Translations under genes and position numbers: made by a program
Notes under the pieces: model-generated
What the model was told of the DNA's origin: nothing
Databases searched by the model: none
The model's input: the letters and a program-made list of their open reading frames with translations, nothing else
Shown here: positions 13,560-26,200 of the stretch, piece by piece
Numbering within the stretch: the first letter of the stretch is position 1
Layout of the letters: each line of letters opens with the position of its first letter
From: Lytechinus pictus
Taxonomy: Eukaryota
Length of the DNA stretch: 64,000 bases
Direction: 5' to 3'
Assembly: GCF_037042905.1 (NCBI RefSeq)
Contig: NC_087251.1
Span: 19,158,001 to 19,222,000, forward strand

Positions 13560-14084
13560 CAGGCCATATGTCATTATATCCTACATAGAGTAAATCCTGT
13601 ATAGTGATTGGTTCAAGTAGCATCATGTGACCTGATATATTTCAACTATGATGTTGCGTGACGTCAGACCTCGATATATTTTTGGATATATCGAGGTCTG
13701 ACGTCATTATTTCGCAAAACTGGATATCTAGCTAAACTCTCGGGCGCACCTGCCTGCGTGCTCTCTCTCCCGGGCAAGTCCAGCGATGCGTCGGCGCAGG
13801 CACTAATCTGCGTTCCGCTGAGCGCGGTGGCTCGGAGAAAAGTAGGTAATTCAACTCAAGTAACCGGACTTTGCAAGCTCAACACATAGATTTTGGTTGT
13901 AAATTACCAAAAGTAGGATATAAAGCAAATATACCAGGCGTTTCATTCGAAAGCATAGTGGAAATTATTAATCCTCGGTTGGACTGGCAAAACTATATTT
14001 CCCTCGGGGCTTCGCCCCTCGGGAAAATAGTAATTGCCAGACCAACCTCGGATAAATAATTCCACTATACTTTCTCAAAGCCTG
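13560..14084. mobile_element. GC-rich interspersed element with two strong hairpins (possibly Crypton-like, non-autonomous)
   Basis: CAGGC...GCCTG ends; perfect 21-bp stem 13659-13706; long imperfect stem with CTTCG loop 13955-14068; CpG-rich against AT-rich flanks. Confidence 0.6.
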
Positions 14085-16077
14085 ATATATTTGTTTACTG
14101 TACATGGTTACAAATATGCAGCCACCTGCCAGTTATTTCTGAGCTGTCAGAGCTGCATTATTATTTTGCAAACACAATCCTCCCAAAGCAATGTCCAGAT
14201 CAGACTGGAATGGCTTCTTATTGAGTTTCGCTGAATTAGACAATATTTCCTGCTCTCATCACATCTCTGCCAATATTGATGTATGTGGCTGTAATATGTC
14301 TAATATTGTATTTCTTTAGTAGAATACAGGGTTTATTACTATCTTACAATCACAATAACATTTGCATTATCAGTAAGATATTAGTCTCTATGTAGTTGAA
14401 TAAATTGCATTATTTATAGGTCAGAAGTAAAGAACATATTCATTGTGAATATGTACCAGTAATACATTTTCATTGACCATTTTAGAATTTACTTGCTGCT
14501 TTAGTTTTGAAGGTAATAATTTTAAGGGTCTAAACAATGAGGGTAGTTCAGGATTCATTGTGCTGGCAGTAACACAATCTTGGTAGAAGACTGACGTCAC
14601 TGAAGGAATCCTTGAGTTAAAGAAATGTTAACCATTTAGCTTTATATACAGAAGTTGTATGACAAGGCTCAACAATATTTTGTTTACAAACTTTATGTAT
14701 TAGAGATTGTGAAGATGATATTTCCTCATGATGAAAGATGTTTTCAGACTCGTTAAGGGTACATTTTGCTTTCTCTGGGACAGCTCAGCTTTATTTCTGT
14801 TGCTGAACTTTGCCCCACCATATCTTATTTTGGCTTCATGATCATCATGTTATAGTTACTGTACATAATTTTCTTTTTGCCATGTAGGAATACAGTATAG
14901 TATATATATATATATATATTGATCTTTTTAATTGGCAGATATATTTTATACAGATTATTTACTTTAGTATCTGTGTTGAAATTTTCATAGTCAAGAGATT
15001 TGGATGCCAACTTCTCATCTACTTTCTTAAAACTGGTTTCCAGAACCACTTCACATAAAGTGGCCTTGTTTCTATTGGAATGCTCTCGGTGGAGTCGCAT
15101 GTTTTGTGAAAAATATGCACAGTGCATTACTGAGTAGCGCATCCAACATCACACACTCTCGTACTTATGTGCAAAGAACGGTGGTGTCTTCACATACGAT
15201 TAAACCTGGTTAACAAGGCAAAAGTGAGCCCCCTCCCCCCCCCATTACACAAGGAAGTGGGTGAGAATGGATCTAATTAATGTATTTACATGTATGATCA
15301 ATCAATCAAATTCATAAGCAGTGTCTCTTTAAAAACAAGTGTATTTTATTTATTTGCAGATACAAGCTGCACTAGGGAGATAGATATAGGCGGTAGCATT
15401 GCATTATATTTGAGTACAAATTAAAAAAGCAATCACTTAATGTTCAATAATCAGTGAAAAACCTTGCAATGTTCTTCCAAATCATTGATTAGCTCATCCA
15501 AATCAAGTGGCTTTTTATTATATTCAAAGAGGAATATTTGCTCGGATCGTGTATTTATTTACTCCATCAGATAATATGCACGTTATTGGGACAGTTGCAT
15601 GAAATCAATAAAGATAGTTTGCACTCTCAGTAATCGGTACCTTACTTAAATCACACATACATTATTATTAATTGCTGTTTGTGTAAAAATGTTGATCATG
15701 TGTTATTGTCTCTTTTGATTTTTATAATTAAATCTTTGTGCAATGAACAACTTGTTTGTTTGTCTTTTATTTCCTAGGTTTAATTCTGATCCATTTACAA
15801 ATTTTTTTTTTTACAGGTTTACATGCATTTGCAATTCCCACGTTTTATTCAATTGATGAATGTTCCGACGTTTATACCCTTGATCAACACCCTGCATAGG
15901 CATAACTATTTGATTGGTAAAATTACATGCATACACGTACTGTATATAACCCAGACTGACATTCCTAAAGAAATAGTAGAGAAACAATTTTTAAGAAACT
16001 CTACTCATGATATCTCAAGTGACAAATTTAGGCTGTCACCTCTATTTCAAATTAATTATAAACCAATTAAGTCATGT

Positions 16078-16225
16078 GGGGCCTGTTTCATAAACAGTTG
16101 TAACTGTTGTAACTTTGCCATTATGGCAACTACCATGATAATCTTGATTTTGATTGGCTGCTGAGCCCTGTTAACATGGTAGTTGCCCTAATCGCAAAGT
16201 TACAACTCTTTATGAAACGGGCCTC
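16078..16225. mobile_element. Short Harbinger-like MITE
   Basis: GGGGCCTGTTTCATAAACAGTTGTAACT ... AGTTACAACTCTTTATGAAACGGGCCTC. Confidence 0.8.
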
Positions 16226-16685
16226 TGGACCATTGTGGAATCTAACTATGGCAGAATGATGGTATTGGCTTTAATTAAAAGGCAACTTAATCAAACAACT
16301 TTCTAGGCATGAAATAGGGCTGAAAAATCCTGGATAACATCATGGTACCTTTGTGAAAAGATTTGACTCAAACGTGCCAAGAGAGGGCACTACACAAGTA
16401 TTCTAATCCCCAAATCAGTACTATTTTCTGTGCCAAATATGCCTTTGGCTAGAGGACCAGCTCTGGGGATCTAGATTCTCTCCACTGCATCCCGAGCATA
16501 TTTCAGGAGATCTCCCCCTCCACCTCATACATGTATTTTATAGTTCAATTAATATTAAAATAAAATATCAAAGGACTAGGCTATCACTTCAATCCTCTAG
16601 TATCAATCAATATAACATCAGTGGATCTATTATAGGTGATAAATTCATATAGCACCAATGGTTGTGAGGAATGCAATGCCATCAG

Positions 16686-16868
16686 CAGGGGTGTGAGTGG
16701 TCACAAATAAAAAGATCTGAAAAAAGCCGAAGAGTGTTGAAAGAGTCTGAAATAGAAAGAGCTCCCATACTTTTTGTACAGAGGAAGGCCAAAAATAAGC
16801 TGAAATTAAGCTGAAAATCAAAACAAAAAATCTGAAATCAGATAAAAATCTGAACTCTCACACCCCTG
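16686..16868. mobile_element. Short MITE with CAGGGGTGTGAG termini
   Basis: TIR CAGGGGTGTGAG / CTCACACCCCTG; CATCAG duplicated on both flanks; internal CTGAAA repeats. Confidence 0.8.
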
Positions 16869-17212
16869 CATCAGCTACAAGCCCGGTGCTCACTTGCACA
16901 TGCCACAAATTTTATTTAAAGACAAAAAAATATGGGCTTAATCAAAAGATCGCTTTTGTGTCAAAAAAAGTTTTGAAATATGCCATTTACATGAAAAAAT
17001 TCAGTTTGTTTCATCTAGCACTCAGGGAAAATCATTAACAAATTAACCTTGAACAAGTCTATTCCTTTTTTTTTGTCTCTGCCTCTGAACTTTAGTTGAC
17101 ATGGCACATGCACCACCCATAAACTTATACAACTGTATGTAATTGATTTTTCCCCTTGTATTATAAATACATATTGCAGTAAGAAAATATACATCTCTTT
17201 ATATAATTCATT

Positions 17213-20200
17213 TTATGAAAGCCCAAGTTCCTTGAGATATAAAGTTCTATCATAATTGCACATACAGTACGGAGGATTGCAACATGGATTCAACCACAAA
17301 GCTCGCTCTCGTATAAACAATGAGTCGCCTTTCACCAGAGTTTTCTGATGCTCTTCTACGATTCTTTCAACTTCACTAAGGACATCTAGATATTTCCTGG
17401 TATTCAAGGGCGACAATTCGGAAGGATCGACCCCTATGTTGTATAGTAACGGTGGCTCATGACGTACGGCGCAGGGTGGGTCACACGAAAAGCAAAGGTG
17501 GTAAGGTCCTGTAGGTATCCAACCTTTCCTACACTTAGCTGCTAGTTGGTCCAAGTTCAATGCTGGTTTGGTGTAAAAATGAGCTTTGAAGATACCATAC
17601 GTAACAGCCATCAGCCTGTCATTGCAGTAGTGGAACAGGACCTTTCGATGCTCTGCTGATGTCTCAGTGAGTATGGGTAAGAAGCTGCTGCTGTCCATGA
17701 TGCGATCTTGGGGCAGCTTTCCTCCCGATAGATCTGCTGCAGTGGCAAATATATCCATGCTACTTATGATGGCTTGAGAGTGGCTGCCTTGTGCTATGGT
17801 ACCTGGCCATCTTGCTATAGCAGGAACACGGATACCCCCTTCCCAGGTGGAATCTTTGGAACCTGCAGCGCAGATGGGAATCAATATTGGAAGGAGTGAG
17901 ATAAAAGAGGCAATAGTGAAAGATGTAAGGGTAATTCCATAAAGTAAACACATTCAACCTAAACATGTTGGACCTACCGGTATGCGCCGCTCTGACCACC
18001 CAATTCACCTCTTGACACACTCCCTACATCTGCGACATAAATGCGCACCGCCTATTGCCAAGGATTGCTTGAACTCTGTAATTCTCTTTTGTTTTTTAGC
18101 TAATGGTGATGTGCTCAGCCCTATGGCTGATAAAACTTGTAAAACCCAACTCTGACCTCTTGCCTAGTGATAACAGCAACCTGCCTCAACTGTCAATAAA
18201 CAATTACATAAACCAGACATAACAGCTCAAGCACAGTGAGATCTTTTTTTTTTTCAGATCCATAGATCCTCCAAATTTTTATTTTATTTTTTACTCTTAA
18301 GACCCTGTTCACAGGGCTTTTTAGGGCCTACAAACCAGAAGTTTCCACAAGTCCCAATCCTCATGTTACAAGACTGACATATGCCTACCCACATCCAATA
18401 AGTTGAGTGCCCCCCAACCCCAAGGTAATTATTATAATGTCATTGCATACACATACCTTTCAATATTCCTGATGATCCCCCTTCACTGCAGACCTCTGTT
18501 TGTGGTCCATGATCAGATAGGAAGAGAGTCAGTGTGTTCCTCTCTAGACCAGCCTCCTTGATGGCTGACAGGGTCTCACCAACAGCCCAGCTCATCTCAT
18601 TCAATGAATCACCATAACGACCTGTAAACAAATCAATTAATGAGTTTTCTGAATGAAACAATGAATCAAAAGAAACTAGAGACGTAACTTGGATGTATCC
18701 CCTAGCACCGAATGAAGAACGAACAACCTCTGATTTTCTCCATTTTTGGAAAAGATCTCAAATTGTTATTTCTAAATTAAAGGAGACATTTGATAGATGC
18801 TGTAAAGTCTTCTCTATCACTCAGATGACACAAGAAAATGAATTATTTTCATGCATGACCAAACGCTGATCTTTTTTTTCATCAGGGTGTCAAAAATAAC
18901 TTGCTCCAAAATGAAGGAAATATGCAGTGAAGCAGCCAACCATATTGAGTACTCCCAATCAAAAGACTTTCTCTTAGCATTCATTTATAATTATGCTGTA
19001 ACTGTGTGTCAACATATATTATCAAGAGAGATTATCTGCAAGCTTTTTTATCAACAAATGAGGAAACATTTTTAAAACATACACTGACAAATCAAATTAC
19101 CACGTTTCGAAGAACCACTGAACTTTGGACTGCTGAACATGTCGGTGTGGACTTGAGGGAAAGAAAAATAGAAGAAGAACGGCTCATCCCGATGATTAAA
19201 GATGAATGATTTAGCATCTTCTACCAGTCTCTCTGTAAGGTTTCTATGGCTGAGCGGTTGCTGGATGATTGTGTCATTGTAATAAAGCAGGCAGTAATAT
19301 CTATCTGGTGCATCTGTGTACATCTAGGAGAGAGATAAAGGCAGGTAAAGAGAGACCAAGAGATAAAAAGAAGTGAGAAAAAAGTTGCATTAGTCAGGCG
19401 TTAGTTTACAATGTGTCTCACTCAGTCAGGTTTTTCTGACAGGTTAATCAATACGCACTATTACCTGAAACAATGGTTTGTTTATACCACTTGCAATCCT
19501 CTTATGCGTGTAAATACCTTCTAGAATAGGATTGAATGTTTTGTCTCTACATCCCGTTCACTCATTATTGTGAGACTAGGGATGAAGAGATAACACCTAG
19601 TTTGCCTCCACATGCACAGGGTATCTCCCATGATGATCCTCAAGAAGGCAGTGACTCAAAGAAACAGACTCAAAAAGTGTCAATACTGGTAATTACTAAT
19701 GTAGAAAATGATACAGTGATTACTATTTTATTCAAATTTATGATTTTAAAGGCATTTCTTTAATCATTAAATTATTTTCATGTGCAGCAGTGTCCAGATA
19801 AAAAACAAATCTTACCAACCATTTACATCATGAATTTGAAATATACATAGCCTTGGTCAATGTATGAATGCATAAAGTTCTAGCAAATATTGATTTTTGT
19901 TGGTCTCTAAATGTTTGACCTACAACTATTATGGCACCAACAATGAGGTTATGTGTAAAGGTGTTATTACATACATATCAACTGTATTTATGGTATCACA
20001 ACAACCTAAAGGATACACATATATAGCAGATAAAAAACATCAGAATTTTAAAAGTCAACATAACAAACTAACCTTGGTCTCATCACACATCCAATGATTA
20101 GTGAAGGGTATAAGATGACCAACAAAATCAAAACCGTGATGATGAGGTAGATGGTTACCATCGTTGTGAGAGAACTCATTGATACCTGCACAGTATAAGA

Positions 20201-23200
20201 GATCAGATCATTGTATAGTATGTTATTGATAAACACAATTCCTATGCATCAATGATAAATGCTTGACCATAGTAAGAATGTTGACTAAAATGCTTTGCAG
20301 AATTTCATTAACATTTTTCAATTTTTGCTTAGTTTCCCAAAATGGTGATATTCATATCTCATATACAGTATGCAAATAAAGGAGCAAATGATACCCTTTT
20401 CTTTTTCAAAATATCAAATATTTCATTTTTCCTCCAACAATGTAGAACCTAGTTTGAAACCTCATTGAACATGTACAAATCATCATTATTATAATCTATT
20501 GTGAATCAATTAAATCACCAAAGCTATATAAAAGCAGCATTGAAGTGATATACTAGTAGTATAACTTCCACTTTTAAAATGGCTTGTGCAACCTAATTTT
20601 CATATCTTTACAAAAGTTAGCAGTGATAATCCAAAATTTTATTTATTTATATTTGGGGGGGGGGGGGTGTTGTATGAATGTTATATGTAGGTCCACATGT
20701 GAACAATTCATACATACAAACCTCTCCTCCCTGAATAATTACATATTTTAATTTTGCTGCAATTTCAAAAGTGTAGTATCTTCTGATACATGCTAGAATG
20801 TGTTAATTAGTTCCTTCTGGTAAACTATAGGGGTGCAGGTATTCGTACTAAATGAAGCATCCTTCCAGTTTCTTCATTGATCCAGGAGCCCTTTTGTTAA
20901 ATTAAAATGAATCATAGAGGGGAAAGGCCATCTGGAAGAGCCAAACATCTTTTTTTTCACATGATGTGTAAGGGATAGAGAAACAGGTAAAGAAGATAAG
21001 GGAAAGAGGGATCGCAAGAGTGCAAACATTGGGTTTAATAGAATACATTGGGTCATGATAAAGGGCAGGGGGAGGAAGTTGGCTACTACACTCTGAATAG
21101 AGATTGGTGACAAGACCCTTAAAGGGAGGAAGTGCAGTTAATGAGACAACAGGATGTAGAAGACACAAACAATACATATACAATACAGTGTACAGTCAAA
21201 CTAGATGGGCCAGAGAAGGTGGTGAGGGGGAGGAAGTCAGGAGACAAAAGAAGATGAGAGATAATTTGGAGGTGTGACCAGTGCAGGATATTGAACAAAA
21301 GAACATGGACCCATTCCAAAGGGTATGAGTATTATGTAAGTGTGTCTCAGTGAGTGGGTGCGAGGGTGTGCATTCAACCAATCAAATCCTGATACATCTT
21401 AAGACACTCCCTTCTTCCAAAGGTAAGACTCCTGATTGGTCATATGTTTTGTGAGTTCTGGGTGCAGTATGACAAGGTATGACCAGCAAGACACTTCGCA
21501 TCTTTGCACTCGGATGTTTGCTTTCTATTCGACTCATTCGATGTGAACACAACCAGAATTATCATATTTGAATAAGGAAACTACAGGCCTGCTTGGAGAT
21601 GTCTAATCTATGGGAAGGGTACTCTGGAACCTTGGACTTAAAACAGCATGCCTTGGTTTTTGCAAGAACCAAGGAACCAGAGAATACATGTATGTAATGG
21701 ACAGGGCAATCCAGATTTAAAAAATGGTAAGTGCCTATCAAGACTAACATTGGAAAAAAAAAATATGTAAGCTTGTTTGCCTTTGTTTTTCTTTTCAAAC
21801 AAAAATTCATTAGAAAAATATATTTTGTGCGTGTGTGCAGCATCTATGACAAACATATATGTGTTTAACACATATTATTATTATAATCATCCCATTTTTA
21901 CTGAGAAAGAGAAAAAGAAAGAAAAAACAACTTGTATATTCCAGGCAGTCTCACCTGAGTTTCACAATTCAATACAGTAGCAGTGTTAAATTTTTAACAT
22001 GATCTTTTTTATTTACCCTTTGAATATACTGTAATCCAAGCCAGCCACCAATGCCAATCTTAGGATGTCCTGTTTAATAGACTCAAAGCCCATTCAGTTT
22101 TACTAACCTTGAAATTTTTGTTGCACCTACATGTTTTAATTTCACCCATTTGAGCTGTAATACTATAAAGAATAATATTTGCTATATCACGAAGTGGCTT
22201 TGCCCTAAAATTGAATCCAATGTCTGACTTATACATACACTTATACCTTTGTTTCATGTAATTTGTGACCATCTGACATTAAATTTTTATTAGTTTCATC
22301 AGATTTGCTAAAATAACTTTAAAGTTGAGATGCCAATTTTCATTGACCTGAAATCACCTTTGACCTTGATCTGAAATTCTACAAGCACACATCCAATTGC
22401 TGATGTACCTGATAACCATTAGATCTCAGTTTTTATAAAGTAAGGACTCTTTATTTCAACATTATCTTGGCCTAGTGACCTGAAATTACATTACCGCCCG
22501 GTAACTAATTTGCTGATAATCAATGACTAAGTGTATGATATCTAAGTTCTATGAAACAGGAAATAATTCAAGTTTTCAAATTAATGTTTTAATTTCAAAT
22601 CTTTACATTCTGTTTAAGTTTTTATCTTGCTTTTACTACGTAGTGAGGCAAAAAGTGGAGATTGTTTAAAAAATGTGAATACTTTGTTTGCTATGAATTC
22701 ATTTTAGTGAAATCAATCACTTCAATTGTATATTCTTAAATTGGGAGCAAGTTGTTCCAAGGGTCAGGATCTACATTACAGAGAGATGAATTGAAGAAGA
22801 TTTGAGGATTCTGAGTTCATGTATGTCTGACTTATAGTATACTGGTGTTTTTTTTTCTCCAGAGATGAAGCACTGCATGGAATGGATCTTGCCGACATGA
22901 CATCTGGCCTTGAAAACATAAACCCATCAAATTAGTCCACCACTACTACATGTCGAGCGGCAACCCCAACAGGAGTAGAAATGAACATCAATGAATACTT
23001 GGCCAGGGTAACCCAACATCAACAACATGGACATCAATGACAGAACTGGGTTATCCATCTGGTCTATCTCTGCCATGGAAGAACACAAGTACCAGTCATC
23101 TCTGAACCTCCCTGTTGTCTAGTGAGCCAAATAGGAGTAGATAACAACATCAACAAATTACTTTCCCAGCCCAACCAACGGGAACAATGATGACAGCAAA

Positions 23201-26200
23201 CCGGATCTCTCCATCTAATTCATGCCCTTGGAGATGGTGGTGAGTATGTCTTCTTTTTGTACTAACTGTAGAATGGATGCAATAAATAAATACACAATAA
23301 AAAATGAATGAATAAATATATATTTTATAAATAAAAGTAATGCTTTGAAATGACATAAATTGTCCGAGGCATATACTGTATGTTTAAAAAAAAACACTAA
23401 GTATTTTTTTTTATTTGTTTACCCCCGTCACCTTCAGGGACTGTCAACTAATCTACCCATCTGGTGCTGACCCATCCACTAGCCACTGTGCTTCTACCAC
23501 CTTTGGCCATCTACTAGCCTTGACCCTTCCTGAAGCTATGGCCATCTACGAGTAATGGCCAAGTCACCAGCTATGGCCAATCCACAGGCTTCAGCTTATC
23601 CACCATCAACATTGAAGGATCCTTCAGGAAAACACTGCCGAAATGTTTCCTACCAGAGAAGCTACCATTTCTAAGCATTTAGCATAAGGTGGATTGAGTA
23701 AGTCAAAGACACACATAAGGAATAAAATGCCCTCATCAGGTCATACTACAGTCCCACAAAAAGGTCAGCCTGGATGAAAACATTCAATTCAAGGTTCACA
23801 AAACTATGCCAGAAGGAAATAGGGATCCAACAAGTAGTTTCTTCCAGCTGGGATGTCCACCAAGAAAAGCAAATATTTTTCTTTAGTAACTTCACCATAC
23901 TTTTTCCCCTTTTATCTGATGGGAAAAACCCATGCAAATTTGGATAACACTTCAATACAAGTTGAAAAATGTTTGTACGATCAGGATAAAGAATACATAC
24001 CCATAAAATAAAATTGCTAAATAATTCATCCATTGTGTATTCTGTCACCTGACTCTGCAAACTCTTTTCTTTTAAGCTGACTAATTTATTAAGCCTGACT
24101 GTCCACCAACCACTCTTATACTTGCCTATGCATCACCCTTATACAATCCTTTCTTTTCTCTTTACAGTACAACTTCTCAGCTCTTCCAGAACCCTTCTTG
24201 TTCTCTTAATCTCCCTGAATCTTAATACTCAAGTACTTATCCATTTCTTCTTTCCATACATCATCCATTCACGAACAAACAAGTATCACATCAGCAACAA
24301 ATGCCAATTGATGCAAATAGAGAGCCAATGATCTTACATAGTAAAAATACATATCCCCAAAACAACAACCATTTACAAAATGAGCATACCTCAACCATTT
24401 ATAAAAAAAAGAAAACAAGTATCCCAACAACAACAACGAATCACACAATGACCATACCTGTACCTCAACATTAAAACTAACAAGTACCATGAATACAATG
24501 TTCAAGCTGAAGAGAAAGCTATTATCCGATTAAATATGAATTCCATTAATAGTACATTAAACACAATGACAAAAGGTTTTAATAAACAAGTGAGAGAAGA
24601 AAGGTTGCACAAGGCAAGTATCTTAAAAACGGTGTATAGCTGTGTGTTCTTTCAGATGTTCCTTTAAACCATGTCTTTGATGATATCCTTTACCCTCCAC
24701 TTTTTCACATCGACAGCTAAAAATTCACTAGCTTCCACAATGGCTACATCCAGTTTACAAACAAACATCATATGTATGAGGTAGACTAGATGAAGCTTGG
24801 AAAGAAGCACTTTATTCTTCAGTCTCTCCAGAGCGATTGGGAAGTACATCTCATCTTGTTCCTCCAAAGACATCAGCACGCACTGAGGATGGTCAAGTTG
24901 TCCTCCGCATTCACCCTTCTCAGTTCTCTGTTACCACCTCATGCATGTGAGAATTAAGGGCCCTCACTATTACTGTTGATGGTGCTGCAGGATGTTGTTG
25001 AGCCATGTCTTTAGTGTCATTCCATATATCACAGTATTCCCTCTCCTATTGCTCAGTCATGCCCTTGCTAAATATGACTGCATCAAACCTTTCCCCAAGG
25101 CAATAGCATTCACTTTCTTCGATGTTATCCTTCTCCACCATTTCAGGCTGCCTTTCTTCCTCCCCCTTCATCTACTCTTCCATGGCAGCCATTTCCTTCC
25201 AATCCTGCATCTTCTCCTCCTCAGTTTAGGTGCCATTTCATCCTAATCCTGCAATACCTCCTCCTCAATCTTAGCTGCCATTTTCTCCCAATCCTGCATC
25301 AGCTCCTCCTCAGTTTTAGCCGCCTTTTCAACAAACTCCCCATCTTGAAGGTGAAAAACAGGTAGTTCTTGTGACTCTTCAACTTGCAACACATCATGCT
25401 AAAGCTCCTCTTTGTCAGATTCACTAGTGATGACCCAATCTTAGCCCTCCTCATAGTGTAGGATGCGCCTGATGGGGTCCATATCAACATGGAGACTTGT
25501 CTGACTGTACAGTGAATGAAAAGATGCCCATGCATTTTGTCTTGGTGCCTCGGTGACAAGTGTCAGGTCGGCCCTCAAATCCCATTCCATTTGAGAAAAA
25601 ACTATCTTAAGTTTAGATGGAGAAAAGTGGTGCCAAATTATGCTAGTCTTTGCATTTTTTTTTCTTATTTACATCCACAAATATCCACTCTGATTTCCTT
25701 TTTAATCATTGACCTATTACTTTCCTCTATGAGTTGGGCACATTCAGCATCACTGATGCCCAGAAAATTGCTTGTCAATTTCCTACAATCTTCCAAGTCA
25801 GATTGATCCCCCTTTGCCATTGTAAATTCTTAATGATGTTTTTGTCTATGTTTTTGTAGCACTCACCAATAGCAACATATGTGACCCCTCTGTATAGCAA
25901 AATGATTCCCACATAAATGAAAAGATCTTGACCCTGCTTGAAATTCATGAACTTCTAAACAATCTTCATGACTGTAATGACACTATGTCTCTTCCCACAC
26001 TCTTCCAATGACATCATCATACATTGTTGATAACCAAGCTGCCCTCCTCATTTATATGTACAGCCTTCACAATTCTTGGTGACTTCTTCGTGCATGATAG
26101 AATTAAGGGCCATTAATATTATCACAGCAGGTGTTGTGAGAAGTCACCAAGCCCTGTCTTCATTGCCATTCGATATCACACCCTCTTCCATCCCCTCACT

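Noticed and set aside
17863-17953. Hydrophobic N-terminus of the 246-aa ORF as a signal peptide
   Set aside because: Intronic read-through upstream of the CAG acceptor at 17862.
21480-21545. [19 protein letters not shown] resembling an adenain/Polinton protease His...FDS segment
   Set aside because: Short, flanked by stops, no catalytic Cys motif and no pPolB, ATPase or capsid remnants seen; cannot support a Polinton call.
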